The translations under genes and the position numbers were made by a program. The notes under the pieces are model-generated. The model was not told the origin of the DNA, ran no database searches, and saw only the letters and a program-made list of their open reading frames with translations. From the human T2T-CHM13v2.0 reference genome, Homo sapiens, in the NCBI RefSeq assembly GCF_009914755.1, contig NC_060942.1: a DNA stretch of 64,000 nucleotides; one strand, written 5' to 3'. Shown here in pieces: positions 42,852-55,492 of this stretch (within the stretch, counting starts at the first letter, position 1; the number at the start of each line of letters is the position of its first letter).

Positions 42852-42999
42852 TCCAGTCTGGAGCTGAGGTTCTCACTGTGTCAAGCAGCTACCACGCAGG
42901 GACAGGAAGTCTGATGGAGCCCTTGATTACAGGTGACTGTGCAGAAAAGAAGACAACGGCAGCAACCTTTCCTCATCCCCTTGTTGCCTCCCAGAGACA

Positions 43000-44150
43000 G
43001 AGGGAGTGAACGATCTGGGAGCAGAGCGTTGCTTAGGCCATTTGCCATTTCCCCTTCCTGTTCTGCTCTCTCCTCGCACCAGCAGAACCTCCTTCCATGC
43101 AGCTCCCAGAATCCTTGCTCTGGCCTTCTACTGCCCTCACGCACACCCACACAGGCCCTTAACCCCTCACGTGCAGCTGCCCTCAGCTGTTCTCCGGTTT
43201 AGGGGCATCACACCTCCACGGCTTAACCTCAGCAAAGCGTCAGCAGGCCTTTGCAGGGGTAGGGAATGCAGGACCCCGCAGTACCTACAGACGGAGAGGC
43301 AGGCGCTACTCCTGGCACGTTTCCCGTGTGCGCAGGTGGCCCAGGGGAAGGGGTGACTGCTCGCCGTTGCTCCGAGCTTGTCTCTGGGCCCCGGAGGGCA
43401 GTGGGAATGCCACCCTGAGCAGACGTGAGACTCACAGGGCATCCCCAGGCGCACTCTAGGCTTCAGTCGTGCACACGTACACATTTACTGAGCCTGTACC
43501 GTGTGCCAAGTGCTGGGGATTCCGCAAGCAAGAAAACATTCGGAGTCTCTGACTTCACAGAGCTAAAATTCACACGGGAGGAGGCGGTCGGCACATAACA
43601 GACAACTAGAGAATGACGCGAGTTGAGATGGCGTTTTTGACAGCTCCCTTCCGGGGGAAACTGTATTGTTCAGCGTTGGAGGGCCTGGGTTCCCTCCAGC
43701 AGTCTCCACCCTTCCATGAGGGCCAAGGCCCTGGAGCACCTGAGAGAGTGGCTGGCCTCCCGCGACCCCCACTGTGCGGCAGCTTCGGAGGTAGGAGTGT
43801 GATTGGCTCTGATCTGACGAAACCAGCCTCCTTATTGAAAGTTGTGGTTGTCAGTCTAATGGCGCTCTAGAAAGCTCGTGATCTAGACCTGGCCAATCAG
43901 AGCACAAGGATTAGTTAAAGCAGGGCACATGATCTTAGGATGGCCAGTCAGAGGCCAGCCTTGCACTTCGGAAAGAAGGAGCTCTCCTTAGGCTGGGAGG
44001 GGCCAAGCCGCTGGCCGGTGAGCCTGGGGCAGCTCTGGACTGTGCTTGCTGTCCTTGAGGAGAATGCAGCCAGCCCAGGGCAAATCAGAGCCAGGCAGGT
44101 AAGAGAAACGGCTGGGCCTGAGGCCAGAGCGCCTTCCGACCTTTGGGTTT
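43000..44150. promoter_or_regulatory. CpG-enriched, GC-rich candidate promoter or enhancer (weak CpG island)
   Basis: About 30 CpG in 43141-43800 by hand count, well above the flanks; CCAAT boxes near 43802 and 43893. Confidence 0.55.
43480..43620 (-). mobile_element. L2 3' fragment inside the CpG-rich region
   Basis: CATTTACTGAGCCTGTACCGTGTGCCAAGTGCTGGGGAT..GTCTCTGACTTCACAGAGCT. Confidence 0.6.
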
Positions 44151-44579
44151 CACAAGCCAATACATTCTTTAAAAATTTAAAAAATGTAATACTAAGCTAG
44201 CTTGCATCGGTTTTCACTACTTGGTGCAGTATGTTTCTCTATCCATATATCTTCATCACTTTTCCCTTCCTCTGGGTCCCAGGTTTCCAAGGCTAGCCTC
44301 CAGAGTGAGGAGTCAGAGCTTAGACTAAGCATTCCTTAGTCAGAGCCCTGTTTCAGGCCAGGTACCACCTTCTTCCCTTTTCTTTTTGTTAAAACACACC
44401 TGTTCTGTGTTCCGTCTCTTTAGCGTCCTCCCCTCTGCCAGTGATCATTTGATTAAGTTACTCAGGGTATTGATGGCTACGAATTGCTCCCGATATCAGT
44501 GATCCTGTGTGGTCTTTTTACATTTGGACCATAGTCCTTCATGCCATAATCCATGGAACTGGATACCTAATAGTGGAAG

Positions 44580-45366
44580 TGATGCAGGTGGGGGGCAGGG
44601 AAGTGCTGGGTAGAGATGGGCGGGGTCCCTGGCGAGGGTGCCACCCTCGAGCTCGTGCCCATGGACCTAAGTGAGGATAGGAACTCCTGAGTTTTTTTCA
44701 CCCAAATGTTGCATTTTCCAAGACCACTCTGGCCTGCCATGCACCCCATCCTGTGGCTGTAAAAACCCCGAGACCCTAGCGGGCACGCACACAAGTAGCT
44801 GAACGTCGAGAGGAACACACCAGCAAAAGAACATACCAGGAGACATTGGCAGGCCATGGACTGCGGAACGATGCGGATGCCAAGGGGAACTCGGTAGGAG
44901 GAGAGACCGGCCGCTGGGCGGCCCGACTCGGAGGGAAGACCACCTTCCCACTCCATCCCCCTTCTGGCCTCCCCATCCACCTCTCTGAGAGCTACCTCCA
45001 CTCTGTAAAACCTTGCATCCATCCTCCAAGCCCATGTGTGATCTGATTTTTCCAGTACACTAAGACAAGAACCTGGAATACAGAAAGCCCTCTATCCTCA
45101 CGATAAGGCAGAGGGTCTAACTGAGCTGATTAACACAAATAGCCTGCAGATGGCAAAACTGAAGAAGCGCACTGTAACACACCCACTGGGGCTTCAGGAG
45201 CTGTAAACCCTCAACCCGAGATGCTGCCATGGGGTCAGAGCCCAAAAACGCTCCCCACGACCTGCCCTCTGCCTGCTCCCCCTAGGGGTTTGAGCAATGG
45301 GGCACTGAAGAAGTGAGCCACACCCCTGTCTCATGTCCTGTGGGGGATAAGGGAACTCCTGTTTCA
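44580..45366 (+). mobile_element. Solo ERV1 LTR (LTR1 family, HUERS-P2 type), 787 bp
   Basis: TG...CA termini; 4-bp TSD GAAG at 44576-44579 and 45367-45370; GGGAAGTGCTGGGTAGAG..CCCAAATGTTGCATTTTCCAAGACC..GGGAACTCCTGTTTCA. Confidence 0.88.
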
Positions 45367-45934
45367 GAAGTTCATGCACTGAGGCAGGCTGCTGAAGGGA
45401 TGGTTTTATAGATGCTCCTCCTCCTAGTCCCTCTGAAGTTCGTTGGCTGGGTGTTCAGTTACTCTGCCTGTGTCCATAGCTGTGGGCCAACTCTCCTGGC
45501 TCACAGTGAAATGCCTGGGCCTCTACCAGAGGTCATGTCCTTCTCATAGAAGGCAGACGAAGTCTCTGAAAGGAGAGTTTTGGAAACGGGCATCCAATAA
45601 GTCTGAGTCCTGGAGTGGCCTTGACTAGTCAGTGATCTTGCAGGGCCTCACTCTTCTCATTTATAAAATGGAGGTGTTTGATGAGCTGACTCCTCAGTCC
45701 TCTTCCAGCACAGATGTCCTGGGTGGGGTATCTGTGTCTCTGAGTAACCTGTGGGCCTTGTGTGTTTTAGGGTGAAAGTGTCCTCATGGGAGAGTGTGAG
45801 GCACATTTGAATGGCTACTTTTTATAGTCCACTCACATTTCACAATCTATTCATAATATTCATGCTCCCTTTGACTGGTTTCAGGCTTGTTTGGTGACTT
45901 ACATTTATTATACACAGGCCAGTAGGTGGGAAGT

Positions 45935-46140
45935 GTGAGGAGCTGAGCTCCGACAGTTAGAACATCTGGTTTCTAGCCCCAAAGTGGCCATTTTGCAGAT
46001 AGCTAAGACCTTGAAAGAGATGCTATATACTACTCTGGATCTGTTTTCTCACCTGTAAAATGGGAATGAAATCACTTTTCTTTGCTCACAAATTTGGTTG
46101 TGACTTAGAAAACACACTAAATGAAAATGCAGTGAAGAGA
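45935..46140 (+). mobile_element. MIR SINE
   Basis: GTTAGAACATCTGGTTTCTAG..TTTTCTCACCTGTAAAATGGGAATGA. Confidence 0.6.
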
Positions 46141-46165
46141 TAGACTGTTTAAAAATGCGACGAGA

Positions 46166-46793
46166 GCTTTCTGCTTTTGGCTTGGAGGATGCCAAGGTGT
46201 AACTTTTTTCAGTCATCCTGTATCCAGGTTCATGTGACGCTGGCCACATCCACCATTCTGCCCACATTTGACCTCAACAAGATTATAGGCCTGTACCTGA
46301 GGTGCACCAGTGGGGAAGTTGGTGCCACGTCTGACCTTGACCTCCTGGATCTATCTGTTTTCAAAAACGGTTGGTGATAATATCACCCAAAGCAACCAGT
46401 GACTAGAATGGTCTTAGTATTACAGTGGAACTGACCATTCAGAACAGACAGGCCAAATTGAGGTGGTACTTTTTGTCTCTGTCCTGATGATCAAAGTCCC
46501 CAAGGAACCAGTCAGAGACAGAAAGAAGCAGAAAAACATTAAGCACAGTGACAGTATCACTTTTGATGACATTGTCAAGATTGCCCAACAGATGCAGCAC
46601 CAGTCTTTAATTAGAGAACTCTGGAACCATAAAATAGCTTTGGAGTACTGCACAGTTTGTGGGCTGTAATGTTGATGGCCACCACCTTCATGATATCATA
46701 GATGACATCAACAGTGATGCAGTGGAATGCCCAGCTAGTTTAGACCTATAAAGGAAAATATTTCCATAAAGGATCATTTGACAACCAGGAAAT
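46166..46793 (+). pseudogene. RPL12P: Processed pseudogene of 60S ribosomal protein L12 (5' UTR, CDS remnant 46255-46742, 3' UTR)
   Basis: Peptides YLRCTSGEVGATS and [23 protein letters not shown]; CDS ends ..[14 protein letters not shown]; intronless; start codon decayed to ATT; frameshifts and stops; 3' UTR AAAGGAAAA..TAAAGGATCATTTGACAAC; degenerate TSD at 46151-46165 and 46794-46808. Confidence 0.95.
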
Positions 46794-49540
46794 AAAAATA
46801 CCAGGAGAAAGTGTCTAATTTTGCAAATACACTTGGGAAAATAGTATTAGTCTTCTGCCACTCCCAAGGAAGCAGATGGTGCCAAACTCTTTCTCTGACA
46901 ATGGGAGGTGAGATGGGGACTCAGAGAGGAGAGGATATCAGCTTAGCCTCACACAGTAATTCTCAGGACTGAGGTGCCGTCTGCTGGCAGAGCAGGAGGC
47001 TTTCCCCTTGGAGCCATGTTGGCTTGCCCTCCCCCTCATTTCCAGGTTGGAGATTTGAGTCAGAGATGAGGCAAATGCTTAGGCAGGGAAAAATGTTTTA
47101 CCAGCTTGCTCCACAGGGAAAGAGTCCGTGTTATGATATGAAGCTGAAAATAGAGTGCCTCAGGAAAGAAACTACCAACCAAAGACTATCTCCTGGTGGA
47201 GCTGTGGGGGCTTCCTCCAGGAAAATTGGGGTTGAAATGAGAACGCAACGGTATTGCCTTGTCATTGATACTCTAAATGCAGATGCTCTGGGCTGGGATT
47301 TGGAATCCCTGTCACGAGAAAGGGGTCCCGCTGGAAATGCTTGTTTAGCAATGCTTTCCTGCTGGGGTCTGTGGAACATCCTGACACAGTCCAGGGCTTG
47401 AACAAGGGCCAAGGATTTATCCAGAAACAGCAAGCCTTGTACAAAAGATGATCCTGGATTTAGAACAGATGAAAGGTACTTTGAGGGAGTTCAAAGAACG
47501 GGCACATGCTCCCCGATGGCTGCTTGCTGGATATTTTGAGAGGCGACTTGGGCACACTTTACCTCCCTACCTCTCCCAGGGGTCTTTTCCAACACGGTTT
47601 CTCTCCATTAGTATATTCCAGAGCTCTCGAGCTTGAAGAGCTTGAAAGTCTTAATATGTAGATTTCTGTAGCTGTGGGAACAGGCCTTTCCCAGTTGGGG
47701 TTTGTGAAGGCCATTCTGATGATGTTCGTGGTGATGATTAATTGGCAGTAATCGTGGAGATAGTGAAAGTAATGAGGCCCACCTGTTTAGGTGTTGGGAA
47801 AGATGAAGTAGGTGGGCACATGGTCAGGGTGGGGATAGTGATGGTGATGGGAGTAGCAGGTAGCTCAATCTTAGAAATTTGTTGAGAAACCCAGGGAACT
47901 AATCTTAACATAAACTTCACTTTTTTGTCTGGCAAAATAAATTCTTGGCAGAAAAAATATCTACCTCTGGGAAAGGGGAAAGCAAAAATACCTTTTGCTT
48001 GTGGTCAGTCCTGTCAAAGCAGATAAAGTATATCAAGCATCATATCACTGGCTTTCTAGGGGGACATCTAGTGATCCTAGAGAAGTTACATGGAGATACA
48101 AACTCAAGCTGATATGAGTGGCCACAAAACAAATTAGCAACCTCTAAAATGTCAGATTAATACAAAAAGGTGCCAATGTTGCTCATTTCCATGCTTTGAA
48201 CAGTGTCTGGAGAGGAGGAATGAGAAAGTCAATCATCAAACTCTTTTTCAGGATCTGACACAATCCCGCGTCTTTGAAGAGTGTTCATGTAAGGCTGTGC
48301 TTGGAATAGGTCCTTCTACTTCCCTATTTCCTCCCGTGAGTCATGACATCCTTGCCTTTCTGAGTCACTGGGTCCAACTGGTGAGATGACAGCAATAAGG
48401 AAAAGGAACTTTGATGTCTAGATGACTCTTGTGCATGACATTAATGGCACCCCAACGGCCCAGGATAAGTTGAGGGTCTCTGAGGCCTCATAAATGAGGG
48501 GAGCAACACTAGTTCCTGGTAATCCCAATTTTGCTAATTACCAAAGTCAGTAAAACATAAAAAATAAAAGATGAACCAAATTTAATCAGTTCCCATCAAG
48601 TAAAATTTTGGTGCAATTGTAAAACATGGAAGCTTGTAAAACATAAGAAACTTGATTTTGGAATTTCTACATTTCCCTTCTTTTAATTTTCTCTTTTCTG
48701 TGGGCATCCTCACCCACGAGCCCCTGCCTCGGTTGTGCCCAATTACCGCCTGCAGTCCAGGGACAAAATCCCATGAACACATTCATGCAATGCTGACATC
48801 AGGCAAAATAACAAAGAGTGCTGCTGCTGATTCTGTTGCACCGTTAATGTGTGCTCCCTCCCCAGGGGAATTTCTTAACAAAAAAGCCTGGAGAGGAAAA
48901 TGCTTAACCCATGACTGGATCTGGCATGGTGGGTTAGTATAGAAAAGACCCTTTGCTCTCCAAACCACACCACATAGTTGGCACCATGCATTAGGGCTAT
49001 AGTAATAATGCCTTACTGAGAGGCCTATTTGCTCTTTGGGGCTGCAGTTCTGTAGTTGGCATCCCTATTTACCAAGGGTAGGAAGGTATCAGTATCCTAT
49101 TACCATATTGGTTACCAAAGCAGGCCCACCTTTTCCTAGGGAGTGGCTTCTTCCTGAGAAGAGGACAAACCAGAGAAGTCAGTTTCTTCACTTGTCCTTT
49201 TGTTGTATGCAGTCTTCTTTTTTCAGTAAGTAAAATTTTTCTGCATGCTGAGTAGTTAGGGGTATAATTGAAAGGAATTACACAGAAGGAAATATAAAGT
49301 TCATAGATGTATAAAAATTATTTTCTGGTTCTCTTAGGTGAGGAAGTTACTAAGAAGACTTTTTGACATGTACAAGTTTGGATCTAAGGAATAAAGTGAA
49401 GGTTAGAACTCTCATTCATTCGTTCATTTGTATAATAAATATACATGGATTAGTTTTTGTAAAGCTAAGGGATTGAGGACTGAAAGTGGTCCAGAGAGGG
49501 GATCTTTGAGGCAGCAGAGATAAAAAGGTGGTGTGAATAA

Positions 49541-50081
49541 GTTCCAGTTATTAATTGCCATGTAACAAATCACCCCAAAACTTATTGACTTAAGATACAG
49601 CAATTCTTTTATTGTTATTATCTGTCAAAAGTCAGGCACTTGACTAAGCTCAGCTAGGCAGTTCTTAAACAGGGTCTATTATGTGTGCAGGCAGATGGTG
49701 GGTTTGGAGTCAGCTTAACACCTTTCTCACTTGCATATTGGTGTTTTTTGCTGGCTGTTTATTGGGACTTCAGCTGGGGTCTTAGCCAGACCACCTACAA
49801 GTGGACTCTCCATGTGGTCTGGGTTTCCTCACAATGTGGCAGCTGGGTTCCAAAAAAGAGCACCTCCAAGAGAACTGAGTGGAAGCACTATCCTTTTTTT
49901 ACATCCTGGCCTCAGAATTTACATAGCATCACTTTTGCCATAGGCACTGGCCCACTCAGATGCAAGGATAGGGACCATAAGCCCTGCCTGTTCATAGGAG
50001 GAGTGTCCATGTCAGCAGTAAGAAGAGTATGTGGGATGAGAGAACTTGTTGCAGCCGTCTTGGAAAATACAACCTGCCATG
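49541..50081 (-). mobile_element. MaLR LTR (MLT1G-like)
   Basis: GTAACAAATCACCCCAAAACTTA..CTCTCCATGTGG..TTCCTCACAATGTGGCAGCTGGGTTCCA..TTGGAAAATACAACCTGCCA. Confidence 0.8.
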
Positions 50082-50339
50082 GGTGAGGTAGATCCAGATA
50101 TTAGTGGGAGGAATTAATACTTTCAAACCCAGAATAATTAGACAGCAGTACAAAGAGGCATCTGATCAAATGGGTGATTGTATAACATGGATAATAATGG
50201 CTAAGAGAGTGTGAAGGATGAGTAGTTCAGTGAGGTCTGTGGTAGCCAGGGCAGACTTGACGAAGGAAGTCTGATTTTGAAGCCTGGTAAAGTCCATTTG
50301 GTTATGTGTAATTTACGTTCATCTCTTCTGAGAAAATAA

Positions 50340-51460
50340 GTGACAATAAACAAAATTATAATTTTTGATAATTCTTTCATACTGAGACAGCTACTTAACA
50401 TTGTCATGCATATCCTACCCGAGTTTTTCCCTTCTGGAAATATATAGAGAATTGCCAATTTTGAATACTACCTAACATTTTATTTATAATATTTTGCAAA
50501 TAGTTCCCTTAACTCCTATATATTATTCTAAAATATAATATTGAATGGTTGCACAGCATTCTCTCATGTGAATATACCATTAATATTTACATTTCAATAT
50601 CTTACTACTGGAAATTTAAGATGTTCCTTTTTATTCTATTGCAAAGAACACTGTGATGAAAGTCTTTATGCAGAAATCTTGGTGCTTATTGATGAATAGT
50701 CTCTTAAGATTAATTTTTAAAGTTAGAATTACTGGTAAAAAGCTATACACATTTTAGAAACCTTGTATGTATCTTGTCATTGTGGCTTGTAGGGGCAGGT
50801 TGTGCTCACTGCTCTCCCTGCCAGGGTGAATCCATGTTTATTTGCAGATTTGACAATACCAATTGTTACTTGGCCACAAAAGAAGCTTTTCTATTTGAGA
50901 GACCAAAATGAGACTTTGGTCTTTACTGTAATTTTGTCTAATTATTAGAAGGGTAGCATTTTCCTGTATATTTCTTTATCATCTAGGCTTCTTTTTCTGT
51001 GATTTGCTAGTTTAAGTCCAATGCGTATTTTTCCTATTGGTTATTTTTCTCCTATTGATTAATAACAATGCTTTATAAATTATTAATCTTTTATTTAGCA
51101 TATATAGCTCAAATATTTGTCCCCTTGATTTGGTCTTTTATTTTTCAGCTTTGTTTATAGTGTGTTTTCAAATGCAGAGACTTTTTTTAGCATTTGTGTG
51201 GTCAAATCTAGTAATCTTTTTTATTTGTATATTTTTCTTTTGCTCGTATACATGAAAGGTCTTAGCCATAATAATAAGATAATTTTACTTTGTTTTTCCT
51301 TTGTGTTTATGTGCATGCATCTGTGCGCACACACACACAAACACACACATACACATACACCATGCAATTCTTGAATCAATCTGGACTGTATCTTAAAATG
51401 TGTTCTGAGTAGGGTCTCCTAAAGGCTATTTTCCAAGTATCTACCCAGATAGGATTTAGG
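50340..51460 (-). mobile_element. Highly degenerate ancient L1 (L1M) fragment
   Basis: T-rich; AAGTTAGAATTACTGG..TTTTTCTGTGATTTGCTAGTT..GTGGTCAAATCTA. Confidence 0.55.
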
Positions 51461-51694
51461 TTGGTAGGGGGAGAGGTGAGCATCCTGTAACCTGCACACA
51501 CATTCAGTGTGAGGCGAACCTGGCTGAAGTAAAGGGTCACTTATTGGGGCTGGAAGTGTCAGGGCTGCAGGACAACTGCATTCGAATTCTGGAGGGCCTG
51601 GCTTGCCAGGCAGAGCAAGGTGCCTCATTGGCACTGAGGACCATTTTAGGACTGAGAGTAGGAAAATGATTTTTCCTTCTCCTTGATATCTCTG

Positions 51695-51880
51695 TAGGGC
51701 TTGCCAGGAGCCAGGTACTCTGTAAATATACATAATATTTCATTTAATTCTCACCCGTGCCTACAAAGCAGCTGCTATTATCCTCATTTTATAGCTGAGA
51801 TGATTGAGGCTTAGTACGCAGTATGGCTGGAACTGAGTCCAGATCTGGCCATGTTCAAAGCTCTGCATTCAACCACTATG
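51695..51880 (-). mobile_element. MIR SINE
   Basis: ATTTCATTTAATTCTCAC..CTATTATCCTCATTTTATAGCTGAG..GAGGCTTAG. Confidence 0.7.
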
Positions 51881-53214
51881 CATATTCGTTTCTCAATATG
51901 ATCAAACAAGAGTTTGAGAAAGTTAATCCAGAAACATTGTACAGGTTAGAAGAAGGAGGGAAGTGTCTGGGGTCAGGGAGTTTCTTAAATGCTGGAGTTT
52001 CTTAAATGCTGGTGAGGGTTGAACTAAGGTGATGGTCGGGAGTGAACAATGATGAGGAGAAAGGACTAGGAGAGGCAAGGAGCAGGCAATGGCTGGGAAG
52101 GTGAGGGGTGCTTACCTGGCTCAGTGTTCCTTCATTATTGTCTCTCATTCTAAATATTTGATGTCCCTCTCAGGTCTTGCCTGTGGTTTTCATCAGCTGA
52201 TCTTAGCAGCTGATCTTTGGATAAACAGGATTTTCCAAGAGCCAGACTTTCTTGTGTGTGAATTGAGAACAATACAGTTTTTCCCTCATCTATCCAGATC
52301 CTTGAAGGAAGACACTGTGATTAAGGCAATTTTTTGTCAGGGGATGGAGCTGTATCTTCATTTATCAGTAAACATTGTATGGTGTATGGTGGGCATATGT
52401 GTTGCACCATGGGCTATGAAGGACCCAAAGACACATCAAAACAGAGCCCTTCCCACACAGAGATGAAAGTTGAGCAAGGAAATCACCTGCAGATGCATAA
52501 ATATTATAAAAAATGGAAAATGTCAAATCCCTCCAAAGAGGCATAGTTAATAGGTTAGGGGAGGTCAGAGAAGAGAGAACTGTTCTTGTTGGGAGGGCCA
52601 GGCACAGACGGAATCATGAACTAATAACTAGTTTCTAAGTCAGGATCGTGCTGGGCTTGCTGTAAGGAACAGATAAGAATCCTGTGTAATGAGAACTTTC
52701 ATTCTTTGTTTGCAAGCCCTGCGACCTGCCCTCCTACAGGCACGGGTGACTCCCTTGGCATTTGTCCCTCCTTTCCCCACCCCCTGAGGTGGTTTTCTCT
52801 TCAGTCACAACCGTGTCTTGCTGTAATTACAGTAATAGAGCAAGCTTGGTTGTTTTCTTTCTTTATGCATCTAAGATGTTCTAAGAAAGAGGACAAAAGC
52901 AGACGAATAAGAAATAAACTGCAGCTCAGTGCACAGAACATGCATCTTTATCAAAAGAATTACGGAATGGATGGTGCTTTTATTCTTCACCCAGGCACGA
53001 ACTGAAGTCCTAACTCTATTTCACAGTCTTCCCTAATAACTCAAGTTGCACAGATCATCCACAGCCCTCATGTTTATGACCCCAATTTGGCCTTGTGGTT
53101 TGTGGTAGCTGAACAGTTATAAATAGGCTTTTGCCTGCAAAAGCACCCTACAAAATGTCTTTGAGACCCTTTTGCCCCACCAGACAGGCCCATTAAGAGG
53201 GATAGCAGGGCCCT

Positions 53215-53410
53215 GGATGCTTAGGAGCTCCTGGGTTTGAGTCGCAACCCTGTGAGTTCCTACTTGTCAATTCCAAGCTGTGTGACTTTTGGAGAAGTTA
53301 CTGAATTTTTCTAAGTGCCAGTTCATTAATCTGTGAAAAGGGGATAAAAAATAGCACTCACTTACCAGGGATGCTGTGAGGATTACATGGGGTTGTGGAG
53401 CAAGCATTTA
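53215..53410 (+). mobile_element. MIR SINE
   Basis: AGCTGTGTGACTTTTGGAGAAGTTACTGAA..ATCTGTGAAAAGGGGATAAAAA..GCTGTGAGGATTA. Confidence 0.75.
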
Positions 53411-53769
53411 ATATATAAGTGGGATTAATGCAGAATGAGGACAAGGGACGGATAAGAATCCTATGTAATGAGACAGGTTCATAAGCCCTGGTTGGATGCG
53501 ACCAGTGAATTTCATTGAGCTTTACCAGTGCAGGACCATTTCCCTTTGGGTTAGAAGTCACCATTCCACGGTTGTTTCATCAGAATGTTAGGAATGGTCT
53601 TTCCCATCTTGTTACAGGATGAGTAGATCCTGATGAATACATCCTTTGCATTACCATTTGATATCTCCTTTGAGGTTTTGAAAAGTGCCTCAGGTTTGGG
53701 AACAGTAAGTCTGAAACTGTGCAGACTGGTGAACATTCCCCTTTTACCTGTATGTAGATCAGTAAAGCA

Positions 53770-53935
53770 CATGGCTCACTGCATTGTATCTGCCAGTTTT
53801 ACTTGTCTGTATCCCTTACTAGACTGTGAGCTCCATGAGAAGGAAATGGGTCCATTTTATGTACCACTGCATTTCCAGGACATAGCATAGAACCTGGCCA
53901 TGGTAGACATTGGCTGAATATTTGTTGAATGGATG
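53770..53935 (+). mobile_element. L2 3' end
   Basis: ACTAGACTGTGAGCTCCATGAG..AGAACCTGGC..AATATTTGTTGAATGGATG. Confidence 0.8.
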
Positions 53936-55054
53936 GTATGATGATTGATCTCTGCCCATGGATTAATGCCAAACACCTTCTTGGGCTCTCTCTCTCTTTT
54001 TTTAACATACCTAAACATCACCGCAACCTGATGAATTAGGTCTTCTCATTTCCAATTTATTAATATAGAACAGAGATCTAGAAAGTTTAACCAACTTATC
54101 CAAGGTGAATGAATTACCTGCTCTTTTTCTCCACTCATTGTGTCCTTTCATCCTTAAATACTCCAACTCTCATTTGGTTTATGGCACTTTTTAACCATGT
54201 GACACCAGACAAGCTACAAACTCTTATGAAGAATCACGTTTGCATTGCATTATGAAGAATCACGTTACATTGAGAACTGTCTCACTGTCTTGGGAATGTT
54301 TTAATATTTTCTGGATATTCACAATCCTGAAAAATAAGTGACTCATCATGATACTGTTTTGATGAAGGCTGAAAATGGCTTGTCTATTTTTAACATTGAG
54401 TGGCAGTAACTAATAATATTAGGTTCTCTTGTCCTACTCTGAGGGCAGAGAGGAGTAAAAGGTCATAAGGGTTAAGGAGTATCTGTAAGGAAAAAAGGGA
54501 GGGCGGCACTCTGACAGCAACCAGGATAGAAATTGTCCAGTCATCCCAAGCACCTTGCCCAAAGCTGGATGCCCCAAGCCACATCAGGGTCTACTTTCTT
54601 GGAGCCTTGATGACAGTTGTCACCAGCACTTTCTTTGTGATTGTTCTCAGCTTCCTTCAGGCACGCCTCTCCAGCTACACTCCGTGTTTTCTCCTTTTCT
54701 GCTACATTTCTGTTTACATAGTTCAGATCTTATCTCAGCATTTCCAGCAACTATCAAGTTACAGGCACAATGGGGTACTCAACTTTTTAGTTTTAATTTT
54801 TTGAAAATATGAATGAATAAATAAGTGTATCTGGAGAGGAATTCAGAAGATGTCTAAGCAATGTGTGCTACAGAAGAGCAAAGAAGGCAGAAAGGGTGTT
54901 GGTGGTGTTACCTAATGGTTAGTGCTCAGGCTCTGGGGTCAGGCCCGAGCTACACCCTGATTTCACTGCTTGTCAGATGTGATATCCTGGGTAGATTACT
55001 TCCCTTTGAGAAGCCTCATTTTCCTTTCCTTTAAAACTGGAGATAGGGGAATAT

Positions 55055-55492
55055 CTCTATTACTTAACTATTGCTGTGCAACAAACCACACCAAAGCTCA
55101 ATGGCTTAAAACAACCACTATTTTTACTGCTTTTGTGGCTGGGGATTGGTGAGGGCATCTGATCTGGGCTGGGTTTTGCTGGGGTGGCTTTGCTTCATGG
55201 GTCGTTCATCTTTCTCCAACAGCAGCAGCGCGGTTAGGGTTTGTTCTTCTCAAGGGAGTGGCAGAAGTGCAAGAAAGCAGAAGGAAACATGCAAAGCCTC
55301 TTAGGTACTGGATTTGGAACTGGAAGCTATCATTTCCACTCATTTATCATTGGCCACAACAAGTCACATGGCCACACTCAAAGTCAAGGGGAGAGGAAGT
55401 CTACCCTGCTCACCATAAGCACACTTCAAGGGTATGGATGCTGCAGGTGGGATAGGGGTAAAATATTGGATTGATTAATGCATTTTACCACA
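55055..55492 (-). mobile_element. MaLR LTR (MLT1I-like), nested in a MIR (about 54905-55050 and 55493-55600)
   Basis: CTATTGCTGTGCAACAAACCACACCAAA..GGCTTAAAACAAC..ATTGGCCACAACAAGTCACATGGCC..TACCACA. Confidence 0.75.

Noticed and set aside
43326-43345. GTGCGCAGGTGGCCC as a CTCF site
   Set aside because: Several mismatches in the 5' half of the core.
47030-47450. Possible old LTR (also about 8480-8800)
   Set aside because: I could not identify termini, a TSD or a family with confidence.
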